64,000 nucleotides of DNA from Auanema rhodensis (Eukaryota; Animalia; Nematoda), in NCBI GenBank assembly GCA_964057225.1, contig OZ059898.1, forward strand, positions 19,034,001-19,098,000. Direction: 5' to 3'. Position numbers and translations under genes: made by a program. The notes under the pieces are model-generated. The model saw nothing but the letters and a program-made list of their open reading frames with translations, was not told where the DNA came from and searched no databases. This document shows, in pieces, positions 26,101 through 38,946 of this stretch (its first letter is position 1; every line of letters starts with the position of its first letter).

Positions 26101-28783
26101 TAAGTTTACACTTATATCCTCGATTTTCACCCTGAAGAATTAATTTTTTCGTTGAATAACATTGTCCATCGTCTTTGCCTTGAAAAAAGGAATCTAAAAA
26201 CATCTTCTTTTTGCTAAATTATTTTGAAATTTTTTGAAAAAATTTTTGTCAAAATGTTTTTGGAAGCAATGTTGAGTGTACATGGAAACTCAACATACAC
26301 TAATGCATCATTTTTCAAACGATCATAACTAATTTTTGTATAAAGCCTTTCTCAATGTAGTATAGTGCATTCGATGCGGATTTTTAAGCTGCGTCGATCT
26401 GTGTTATCAGATTTGCGCTAGCTTAAAAATGCACCGAGATATCAACTGATATAAGTTCACACTTATTTCCTCGATTTTCACCCTGAAGAATTAATTTTTT
26501 CGTTGAATAACATTGTCCATCGTCTTTGCCTTGAAAAAAGGAATCTAAAAACATCTACTTTTTGCTAAATTATTTTGAAATTTTTTGAAAAAATTTTTGT
26601 CAAAATGTTTTTGGAAGCAATGTTGAGTGTACATGGAAACTCAACATACACTAATGCATCATTTTTCAAACGATCATAACTAATTTTTGTATTAAGCGTT
26701 TTTCAATGTAGTATAGTGCATTCGATGCGGATTTTTAAGCTGCGTCGATCTGTGTTATCAGATTTGCGCTAGCTTAAAAATGCACCGAGATATCAACTGA
26801 TATAAGTTCACACTTATATCCTCGATTTTCACCCTGAATAATTAATTTTTTTGTTGAATAACATTGTCCATCGTCTTTGCCTTGAAAAAAGGAATCTAAA
26901 AACATCTACTTTTTGCTAAATTATTTTGAAATTTTTTGAAAAAATTTTTGTCAAAATGTTTTTGGAAGCAATGTTGAGTGTACATGGAAACTCAACATAC
27001 ACTAATGCATCATTTTTCAAACGATCATAACTAATTTTTGTATTGAGCGTTTCTCAAAGTAGTATAGTGCATTCGATGCGGATTTTTAAGCTGCGTCGAT
27101 CTGTGTTATCAGATTTGCGCTAGCTGAAAAATGCACCGAGATATCAACTGATATAAGTTTACACTTATATCCTCGATTTTCACCCTGAAGAATTAATTTT
27201 TTCGTTGAATAACATTGTCCATCGTCTTTGCCTTGAAAAAAGGAATCTAAAAACATCTTCTTTTTGCTAAATTATTTTGAAATTTTTTGAAAAAATTTTT
27301 GTCAAAATGTTTTTGGAAGCAATGTTGAGTGTACATGGAAACTCAACATACACTAATGCATCATTTTTCAAACGATCATAACTAATTTTTGTATAAAGCG
27401 TTTCTCAATGTAGTATAGTGCATTCGATGCGGATTTTTAAGCTGCGTCGATCTGTGTTATCAGATTTGCGCTAGCTTAAAAATGCACCGAGATATCAACT
27501 GATATAAGTTCACACTTATTTCCTCGATTTTCACCCTGAAGAATTAATTTTTTCGTTGAATAACATTGTCCATCGTCTTTGCCTTGAAAAAAGGAATCTG
27601 AAAACATCTACTTTTTGCTAAATTATTTTGAAATTTTTTGAAAAAATTTTTGTCAAAATGTTTTTGGAAGCAATGTTGAGTGTACATGGAAACTCAACAT
27701 ACACTAATGCATCATTTTTCAAACGATCATAACTAATTTTTGTATAAAGCTTTTCTCAATGTAGTATAGTGCATTCGATGCGGATTTTTAAGCTGCGTCG
27801 ATCTGTGTTATCAGATTTGCGCTAGCTTAAAAATGCACCGAGATATCAACTGATATAAGTTCACACTTATTTCCTCGATTTTCACCCTGAAGAATTAATT
27901 TTTTTGTTGAATAACATTGTCCATCGTCTTTGCCTTGAAAAAAGGAATCTGAAAACATCTACTTTTTGCTGAATTATTTTGAAATTTTTTGAAAAAATTT
28001 TTGTCAAAATGTTTTTGGAAGCAATGTTGAGTGTACATGGAAACTCAACATACACTAATGCATCATTTTTCAAACGATCATAACTAATTTTTGTATAAAG
28101 CGTTTCTCAAAGTAGTATAGTGCATTCGATGCGGATTTTTAAGCTGCGTCGATCTGTGTTATCAGATTTGCGCTAGCTTAAAAATGCACCGAGATATCAA
28201 CTGATATAAGTTCACACTTATATCCTCGATTTTCACCCTGAAGAACTAATTTTTTCGTTGAAAAACATTGTCCATCGTGTTTGCCTTGAAAAAAGGAATC
28301 TAAAAACATCTACTTTTTGCTAAATTATTTAGAAATTTTTCGAAAAAATTTTTGTCAAAATGTTTTTGGAAGCAATGTTGAGTGTACATGGAAACTCAAC
28401 ATACACTAATGCATCATTTTTCAAACGATCATAACTAATTTTTGTATAAAGCGTTTCTCAAAGTAGTATAGTGCATTCGATGCGGATTTTTGAGCTGCGT
28501 CGATCTGTGTTATCAGATTTGCGCTAGCTTAAAAATGCACCGAGATATCAACTGATATAAGTTCACACTTATATCCTCGATTTTCACCCTGAAGAATTAA
28601 TTTTTTTGTTGAATAACATTGTCCATCGTCTTTGCCTTGAAAAAAGGAATCTAAAAACATCTACTTTTTGCTAAATTATTTTGAAATTTTTTGAAAAAAT
28701 TTTTGTCAAAATGTTTTTGGAAGCAATGTTGAGTGTACATGGAAACTCAACATACACTAATGCATCATTTTTCAAACGATCAT
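23168..28783. repeat. Tandem duplication of an 8-monomer block (2808 bp)
   Basis: ctgaaTaatt 24031/26839, tattGagc 24237/27045, gctGaatt 25163/27971, gaaCtaatt 25438/28246 and tttGagctg 25684/28492, all offset by 2808 bp. Confidence 0.92.
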
Positions 28784-30187
28784 AACTAATTTTTGTATTA
28801 AGCGTTTCTCAAAGTAGTATAGTGCATTCGATGCGGATTTTTAAGCTGCGTCGATCTGTGTTATCAGATTTGCGCTAGCTTAAAAATGCACCGAGATATC
28901 AACTGATATAAGTTCACACTTATTTCCTCGATTTTCACCCTGAAGAATTAATTTTTTCGTTGAATAACATTGTCCATCGTCTTTGCCTTGAAAAAAGGAA
29001 TCTGAAAACATCTACTTTTTGCTAAATTATTTTGAAATTTTTTGAAAAAATTTTTGTCAAAATGTTTTTGGAAGCAATGTTGAGTGTACATGGAAACTCA
29101 ACATACACTAATGCATCATTTTTCAAACGATCATAACTAATTTTTGTATAAAGCTTTTCTCAATGTAGTATAGTGCATTCGATGCGGATTTTTAAGCTGC
29201 GTCGATCTGTGTTATCAGATTTGCGCTAGCTTAAAAATGCACCGAGATATCAACTGATATAAGTTCACACTTATTTCCTCGATTTTCACCCTGAAGAATT
29301 AATTTTTTTGTTGAATAACATTGTCCATCGTCTTTGCCTTGAAAAAAGGAATCTGAAAACATCTACTTTTTGCTAAATTATTTTGAAATTTTTTGAAAAA
29401 ATTTTTGTCAAAATGTTTTTGGAAGCAATGTTGAGTGTACATGGAAACTCAACATACACTAATGCATCATTTTTCAAACGATCATAACTAATTTTTGTAT
29501 AAAGCGTTTCTCAAAGTAGTATAGTGCATTCGATGCGGATTTTTAAGCTGCGTTGATCTGTGTTATCAGATTTGCGCTAGCTTAAAAATGCACCGAGATA
29601 TCAACTGATATAAGTTCACACTTATATCCTCGATTTTCACCCTGAGGAACTAATTTTTTCGTTGAAAAACATTGTCCATCGTGTTTGCCTTGAAAAAAGG
29701 AATCTAAAAACATCTACTTTTTGCTAAATTATTTAGAAATTTTTCGAAAAAATTTTTGTCAAAATGTTTTTGGAAGCAATGTTGAGTGTACATGGAAACT
29801 CAACATACACTAATGCATCATTTTTCAAACGATCATAACTAATTTTTGTATAAAGCGTTTCTCAAAGTAGTATAGTGCATTCGATGTGGATTTTTAAGCT
29901 GCGTCGATCTGTGTTATCAGATTTGCGCTAGCTTAAAAATGCACCGAGATATCAACTGATATAAGTTCACACTTATATCCTCGATTTTCACCCTGAAGAA
30001 TTAATTTTTTTGTTGAATAACATTGTCCATCGTCTTTGCCTTGAAAAAAGGAATCTAAAAACATCTACTTTTTGCTAAATTATTTTGAAATTTTTTGAAA
30101 AAATTTTTGTCAAAATGTTTTTGGAAGCAATGTTGAGTGTACATGGAAACTCAACATACACTAATGCATCATTTTTCAAACGATCAT

Positions 30188-33100
30188 AACTAATTTTTGT
30201 ATTAAGCGTTTCTCAAAGTAGTATAGTGCATTCGATGCGGATTTTTAAGCTGCGTCGATCTGTGTTATCAGATTTGCGCTAGCTGAAAAATGCACCGAGA
30301 TATCAACTGATATAAGTTTACACTTATATCCTCGATTTTCACCCTGAAGAATTAATTTTTTCGTTGAATAACATTGTCCATCGTCTTTGCCTTGAAAAAA
30401 GGAATCTAAAAACATCTTCTTTTTGCTAAATTATTTTGAAATTTTTTGAAAAAATTTTTGTCAAAATGTTTTTGGAAGCAATGTTGAGTGTACATGGAAA
30501 CTCAACATACACTAATGCATCATTTTTCAAACGATCGTAACTAATTTTTGTATAAAGCGTTTCTCAATGTAGTATAGTGCATTCGATGCGGATTTTTAAG
30601 CTGCGTCGATCTGTGTTATCAGATTTGCGCTAGCTTAAAAATGCACCGAGATATCAACTGATATAAGTTCACACTTATTTCCTCGATTTTCACCCTGAAG
30701 AATTAATTTTTTCGTTGAATAACATTGTCCATCGTCTTTGCCTTGAAAAAAGGAATCTAAAAACATCTACTTTTTGCTAAATTATTTTGAAATTTTTTGA
30801 AAAAATTTTTGTCAAAATGTTTTTGGAAGCAATGTTGAGTGTACATGGAAACTCAACATACACTAATGCATCATTTTTCAAACGATCATAACTAATTTTT
30901 GTATAAAGCGTTTCTCAAAGTAGTATAGTGCATTCGATGCGGATTTTTAAGCTGCGTCGATCTGTGTTATCAGATTTGCGCTAGCTGAAAAATGCACCGA
31001 GATATCAACTGATATAAGTTTACACTTATATCCTCGATTTTCACCCTGAAGAATTAATTTTTTCGTTGAATAACATTGTCCATCGTCTTTGCCTTGAAAA
31101 AAGGAATCTAAAAACATCTTCTTTTTGCTAAATTATTTTGAAATTTTTTGAAAAAATTTTTGTCAAAATGTTTTTGGAAGCAATGTTGAGTGTACATGGA
31201 AACTCAACATACACTAATGCATCATTTTTCAAACGATCATAACTAATTTTTGTATAAAGCCTTTCTCAATGTAGTCTAGTGCATTCGATGCGGATTTTTA
31301 AGCTGCGTCGATCTGTGTTATCAGATTTGCGCTAGCTTAAAAATGCACCGAGATATCAACTGATATAAGTTCACACTTATTTCCTCGATTTTCACCCTGA
31401 AGAATTAATTTTTTTGTTGAATAACATTGTCCATCGTCTTTGCCTTGAAAAAAGGAATCTAAAAACATCTACTTTTTGCTAAATTATTTTGAAATTTTTT
31501 GAAAAAATTTTTGTCAAAATGTTTTTGGAAGCAATGTTGAGTGTACATGGAAACTCAACATACACTAATGCATCATTTTTCAAACGATCATAACTAATTT
31601 TTGTATTAAGCGTTTCTCAAAGTAGTATAGTGCATTCGATGCGGATTTTTAAGCTGCGTCGATCTGTGTTATCAGATTTGCGCTAGCTGAAAAATGCACC
31701 GAGATATCAACTGATATAAGTTTACACTTATATCCTCGATTTTCACCCTGAAGAATTAATTTTTTCGTTGAATAACATTGTCCATCGTCTTTGCCTTGAA
31801 AAAAGGAATCTAAAAACATCTACTTTTTGCTAAATTATTTTGAAATTTTTTGAAAAAATTTTTGTCAAAATGTTTTTGGAAGCAATGTTGAGTGTACATG
31901 GAAACTCAACATACACTAATGCATCATTTTTCAAACGATCATAACTAATTTTTGTATTAAGCGTTTCTCAAAGTAGTATAGTGCATTCGATGCGGATTTT
32001 TAAGCTGCGTCGATCTGTGTTATCAGATTTGCGCTAGCTTAAAAATGCACCGAGATATCAACTGATATAAGTTCACACTTATTTCCTCGATTTTCACCCT
32101 GAAGAATTAATTTTTTTGTTGAATAACATTGTCCATCGTCTTTGCCTTGAAAAAAGGAATCTAAAAACATCTACTTTTTGCTAAATTATTTTGAAATTTT
32201 TTGAAAAAATTTTTGTCAAAATGTTTTTGGAAGCAATGTTGAGTGTACATGGAAACTCAACATACACTAATGCATCATTTTTCAAACGATCATAACTAAT
32301 TTTTGTATTAAGCGTTTCTCAAAGTAGTATAGTGCATTCGATGCGGATTTTTAAGCTGCGTCGATCTGTGTTATCAGATTTGCGCTAGCTGAAAAATGCA
32401 CCGAGATATCAACTGATATAAGTTTACACTTATATCCTCGATTTTCACCCTGAAGAATTAATTTTTTCGTTGAATAACATTGTCCATCGTCTTTGCCTTG
32501 AAAAAAGGAATCTAAAAACATCTTCTTTTTGCTAAATTATTTTGAAATTTTTTGAAAAAATTTTTGTCAAAATGTTTTTGGAAGCAATGTTGAGTGTACA
32601 TGGAAACTCAACATACACTAATGCATCATTTTTCAAACGATCGTAACTAATTTTTGTATAAAGCGTTTCTCAATGTAGTATAGTGCATTCGATGCGGATT
32701 TTTAAGCTGCGTCGATCTGTGTTATCAGATTTGCGCTAGCTTAAAAATGCACCGAGATATCAACTGATATAAGTTCACACTTATTTCCTCGATTTTCACC
32801 CTGAAGAATTAATTTTTTCGTTGAATAACATTGTCCATCGTCTTTGCCTTGAAAAAAGGAATCTAAAAACATCTACTTTTTGCTAAATTATTTTGAAATT
32901 TTTTGAAAAAATTTTTGTCAAAATGTTTTTGGAAGCAATGTTGAGTGTACATGGAAACTCAACATACACTAATGCATCATTTTTCAAACGATCATAACTA
33001 ATTTTTGTATAAAGCGTTTCTCAAAGTAGTATAGTGCATTCGATGCGGATTTTTAAGCTGCGTCGATCTGTGTTATCAGATTTGCGCTAGCTGAAAAATG

Positions 33101-36100
33101 CACCGAGATATCAACTGATATAAGTTTACACTTATATCCTCGATTTTCACCCTGAAGAATTAATTTTTTCGTTGAATAACATTGTCCATCGTCTTTGCCT
33201 TGAAAAAAGGAATCTAAAAACATCTTCTTTTTGCTAAATTATTTTGAAATTTTTTGAAAAAATTTTTGTCAAAATGTTTTTGGAAGCAATGTTGAGTGTA
33301 CATGGAAACTCAACATACACTAATGCATCATTTTTCAAACGATCATAACTAATTTTTGTATAAAGCCTTTCTCAATGTAGTCTAGTGCATTCGATGCGGA
33401 TTTTTAAGCTGCGTCGATCTGTGTTATCAGATTTGCGCTAGCTTAAAAATGCACCGAGATATCAACTGATATAAGTTCACACTTATTTCCTCGATTTTCA
33501 CCCTGAAGAATTAATTTTTTTGTTGAATAACATTGTCCATCGTCTTTGCCTTGAAAAAAGGAATCTAAAAACATCTACTTTTTGCTAAATTATTTTGAAA
33601 TTTTTTGAAAAAATTTTTGTCAAAATGTTTTTGGAAGCAATGTTGAGTGTACATGGAAACTCAACATACACTAATGCATCATTTTTCAAACGATCATAAC
33701 TAATTTTTGTATTAAGCGTTTCTCAAAGTAGTATAGTGCATTCGATGCGGATTTTTAAGCTGCGTCGATCTGTGTTATCAGATTTGCGCTAGCTGAAAAA
33801 TGCACCGAGATATCAACTGATATAAGTTTACACTTATATCCTCGATTTTCACCCTGAAGAATTAATTTTTTCGTTGAATAACATTGTCCATCGTCTTTGC
33901 CTTGAAAAAAGGAATCTAAAAACATCTACTTTTTGCTAAATTATTTTGAAATTTTTTGAAAAAATTTTTGTCAAAATGTTTTTGGAAGCAATGTTGAGTG
34001 TACATGGAAACTCAACATACACTAATGCATCATTTTTCAAACGATCATAACTAATTTTTGTATTAAGCGTTTCTCAAAGTAGTATAGTGCATTCGATGCG
34101 GATTTTTAAGCTGCGTCGATCTGTGTTATCAGATTTGCGCTAGCTGAAAAATGCACCGAGATATCAACTGATATAAGTTTACACTTATATCCTCGATTTT
34201 CACCCTGAAGAATTAATTTTTTCGTTGAATAACATTGTCCATCGTCTTTGCCTTGAAAAAAGGAATCTAAAAACATCTTCTTTTTGCTAAATTATTTTGA
34301 AATTTTTTGAAAAAATTTTTGTCAAAATGTTTTTGGAAGCAATGTTGAGTGTACATGGAAACTCAACATACACTAATGCATCATTTTTCAAACGATCGTA
34401 ACTAATTTTTGTATAAAGCGTTTCTCAATGTAGTATAGTGCATTCGATGCGGATTTTTAAGCTGCGTCGATCTGTGTTATCAGATTTGCGCTAGCTTAAA
34501 AATGCACCGAGATATCAACTGATATAAGTTCACACTTATTTCCTCGATTTTCACCCTGAAGAATTAATTTTTTCGTTGAATAACATTGTCCATCGTCTTT
34601 GCCTTGAAAAAAGGAATCTAAAAACATCTACTTTTTGCTAAATTATTTTGAAATTTTTTGAAAAAATTTTTGTCAAAATGTTTTTGGAAGCAATGTTGAG
34701 TGTACATGGAAACTCAACATACACTAATGCATCATTTTTCAAACGATCATAACTAATTTTTGTATTAAGCGTTTCTCAAAGTAGTATAGTGCATTCGATG
34801 CGGATTTTTAAGCTGCGTCGATCTGTGTTATCAGATTTGCGCTAGCTGAAAAATGCACCGAGATATCAACTGATATAAGTTTACACTTATATCCTCGATT
34901 TTCACCCTGAAGAATTAATTTTTTCGTTGAATAACATTGTCCATCGTCTTTGCCTTGAAAAAAGGAATCTAAAAACATCTTCTTTTTGCTAAATTATTTT
35001 GAAATTTTTTGAAAAAATTTTTGTCAAAATGTTTTTGGAAGCAATGTTGAGTGTACATGGAAACTCAACATACACTAATGCATCATTTTTCAAACGATCG
35101 TAACTAATTTTTGTATAAAGCGTTTCTCAATGTAGTATAGTGCATTCGATGCGGATTTTTAAGCTGCGTCGATCTGTGTTATCAGATTTGCGCTAGCTTA
35201 AAAATGCACCGAGATATCAACTGATATAAGTTCACACTTATTTCCTCGATTTTCACCCTGAAGAATTAATTTTTTCGTTGAATAACATTGTCCATCGTCT
35301 TTGCCTTGAAAAAAGGAATCTAAAAACATCTACTTTTTGCTAAATTATTTTGAAATTTTTTGAAAAAATTTTTGTCAAAATGTTTTTGGAAGCAATGTTG
35401 AGTGTACATGGAAACTCAACATACACTAATGCATCATTTTTCAAACGATCATAACTAATTTATGTATAAAGCGTTTCTCAAAGTAGTATAGTGCATTCGA
35501 TGCGGATTTTTAAGCTGCGTCGATCTGTGTTATCAGATTTGCGCTAGCTGAAAAATGCACCGAGATATCAACTGATATAAGTTTACACTTATATCCTCGA
35601 TTTTCACCCTGAAGAATTAATTTTTTCGTTGAATAACATTGTCCATCGTCTTTGCCTTGAAAAAAGGAATCTAAAAACATCTTCTTTTTGCTAAATTATT
35701 TTGAAATTTTTTGAAAAAATTTTTGTCAAAATGTTTTTGGAAGCAATGTTGAGTGTACATGGAAACTCAACATACACTAATGCAACTAATGCATGCGCAC
35801 ATAAAGCGTTTCTCAATGTAGTATAGTGCATTCGATGCGGATTTTTAAGCTGCGTCGATCTGTGTTATCAGATTTGCGCTAGCTTAAAAATGCACCGAGA
35901 TATCAACTGATATAAGTTCACACTTATTTCCTCGATTTTCACCCTGAAGAATTAATTTTTTCGTTGAATAACATTGTCCATCGTCTTTGCCTTGAAAAAA
36001 GGAATCTAAAAACATCTACTTTTTGCTAAATTATTTTGAAATTTTTTGAAAAAATTTTTGTCAAAATGTTTTTGGAAGCAATGTTGAGTGTACATGGAAA

Positions 36101-37191
36101 CTCAACATACACTAATGCATCATTTTTCAAACGATCATAACTAATTTTTGTAAAAAGCGTTTCTCAAAGTAGTATAGTGCATTCGATGCGGATTTTTAAG
36201 CTGCGTCGATCTGTGTTATCAGATTTGCGCTAGCTGAAAAATGCACCGAGATATCAACTGATATAAGTTTACACTTATATCCTCGATTTTCACCCTGAAG
36301 AATTAATTTTTTCGTTGAATAACATTGTCCATCGTCTTTGCCTTGAAAAAAGGAATCTAAAAACATCTTCTTTTTGCTAAATTATTTTGAAATTTTTTGA
36401 AAAAATTTTTGTCAAAATGTTTTTGGAAGCAATGTTGAGTGTACATGGAAACTCAACATACACTAATGCATCATTTTTCAAACGATCATAACTAATTTTT
36501 GTATAAAGCCTTTCTCAATGTAGTCTAGTGCATTCGATGCGGATTTTTAAGCTGCGTCGATCTGTGTTATCAGATTTGCGCTAGCTTAAAAATGCACCGA
36601 GATATCAACTGATATAAGTTCACACTTATTTCCTCGATTTTCACCCTGAAGAATTAATTTTTTTGTTGAATAACATTGTCCATCGTCTTTGCCTTGAAAA
36701 AAGGAATCTAAAAACATCTACTTTTTGCTAAATTATTTTGAAATTTTTTGAAAAAATTTTTGTCAAAATGTTTTTGGAAGCAATGTTGAGTGTACATGGA
36801 AACTCAACATACACTAATGCATCATTTTTCAAACGATCATAACTAATTTTTGTATTAAGCGTTTCTCAAAGTAGTATAGTGCATTCGATGCGGATTTTTA
36901 AGCTGCGTCGATCTGTGTTATCAGATTTGCGCTAGCTGAAAAATGCACCGAGATATCAACTGATATAAGTTTACACTTATATCCTCGATTTTCACCCTGA
37001 AGAATTAATTTTTTCGTTGAATAACATTGTCCATCGTCTTTGCCTTGAAAAAAGGAATCTAAAAACATCTTCTTTTTGCTAAATTATTTTGAAATTTTTT
37101 GAAAAAATTTTTGTCAAAATGTTTTTGGAAGCAATGTTGAGTGTACATGGAAACTCAACATACACTAATGCATCATTTTTCAAACGATCGT
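30188..37191. repeat. A/B alternating dimer zone (702-bp sub-period) with a nested 6-monomer duplication
   Basis: Type A (ctcaaAg, gctGaaaa, gttTacac, catctTc) mostly alternates with type B (tatAaag, ctcaaTg, gctTaaaa, tatTtcc). gatcGtaac at 30537/32643 and gtagtCtag at 31276/33382 are offset by 2106 bp. Confidence 0.82.
35785..35800. other. Deletion-insertion scar: 32 bp of consensus replaced by 16 bp (actaatgcatgcgcac), net -16 bp
   Basis: The consensus tcatttttcaaacgatcataactaatttttgt is missing between catacactaatgca and ataaagcg. The array phase shifts by exactly 16 bp (expected 36155, observed 36139). Confidence 0.95.
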
Positions 37192-38946
37192 AACTAATTT
37201 TTGTATAAAGCGTTTCTCAATGTAGTATAGTGCATTCGATGCGGATTTTTAAGCTGCGTCGATCTGTGTTATCAGATTTGCGCTAGCTTAAAAATGCACC
37301 GAGATATCAACTGATATAAGTTCACACTTATATCCTCGATTTTCACCCTGAAGAATTAATTTTTTTGTTGAATAACATTGTCCATCGTCTTTGCCTTGAA
37401 AAAAGGAATCTAAAAACATCTTCTTTTTGCTAAATTATTTTGAAATTTTTTGAAAAAATTTTTGTCAAAATGTTTTTGGAAGCAATGTTGAGTGTACATG
37501 GAAACTCAACATACACTAATGCATCATTTTTCAAACGATCATAACTAATTTTTGTATAAAGCCTTTCTCAATGTAGTCTAGTGCATTCGATGCGGATTTT
37601 TAAGCTGCGTCGATCTGTGTTATCAGATTTGCGCTAGCTTAAAAATGCACCGAGATATCAACTGATATAAGTTCACACTTATATCCTCGATTTTCACCCT
37701 GAAGAACTAATTTTTTCGTTGAAAAACATTGTCCATCGTGTTTGCCTTGAAAGAAGGAATCTAAAAACATCTACTTTTTGCTAAATTATTTAGAAATTTT
37801 TCGAAAAAATTTTTGTCAAAATGTTTTTGGAAGCAATGTTGAGTGTACATGGAAACTCAACATACACTAATGCATCATTTTTCAAACGATCATAACTAAT
37901 TTTTGTATTAAGCGTTTCTCAAAGTAGTATAGTGCATTCGATGCGGATTTTTAAGCTGCGTCGATCTGTGTTATCAGATTTGCGCTAGCTTAAAAATGCA
38001 CCGAGATATCAACTGATATAAGTTCACACTTATTTCCTCGATTTTCACCCTGAAGAATTAATTTTTTCGTTGAATAACATTGTCCATCGTCTTTGCCTTG
38101 AAAAAAGGAATCTAAAAACATCTACTTTTTGCTAAATTATTTTGAAATTTTTTGAAAAAATTTTTGTCAAAATGTTTTTGGAAGCAATGTTGAGTGTACA
38201 TGGAAACTCAACATACACTAATGCATCATTTTTCAAACGATCATAACTAATTTTTGTATAAAGCGTTTCTCAAAGTAGTTTAGTGCATTCGATGCGGATT
38301 TTTAAGCTGCGTCGATCTGTGTTATCAGATTTGCGCTAGCTGAAAAATGCACCGAGATATCAACTGATATAAGTTTACACTTATATCCTCGATTTTCACC
38401 CTGAAGAATTAATTTTTTCGTTGAATAACATTGTCCATCGTCTTTGCCTTGAAAAAAGGAATCTAAAAACATCTTCTTTTTGCTAAATTATTTTGAAATT
38501 TTTTGAAAAAATTTTTGTCAAAATGTTTTTGGAAGCAATGTTGAGTGTACATGGAAACTCAACATACACTAATGCATCATTTTTCAAACGATCATAACTA
38601 ATTTTTGTATAAAGCCTTTCTCAATGTAGTCTAGTGCATTCGATGCGGATTTTTAAGCTGCGTCGATCTGTGTTATCAGATTTGCGCTAGCTTAAAAATG
38701 CACCGAGATATCAACTGATATAAGTTCACACTTATATCCTCGATTTTCACCCTGAAGAATTAATTTTTTCGTTGAATAACATTGTCCATCGTCTTTGCCT
38801 TGAAAAAAGGAATCTAAAAACATCTTCTTTTTGCTAAATCATTTTGAAATTTTTCGAAAAAATTTTTGTCAAAATGTTTTTGGAAGCAATGTTGAGTGTA
38901 CATGGAAACTCAACATACACTAATGCATCATTTTTCAAACGATCAT

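Noticed and set aside
22617-28073. Three 63-aa minus-strand ORFs (22617-22808, 25074-25265, 27882-28073)
   Set aside because: They exist only where the SNP gctAaatt>gctGaatt (22706, 25163, 27971) turns a minus-strand TAG into CAG, and the other ~179 copies keep the stop. The start is TTG, the peptide is K/F/I/N-rich as expected from A/T tracts, and the spacing is simply 7 and 8 monomers.
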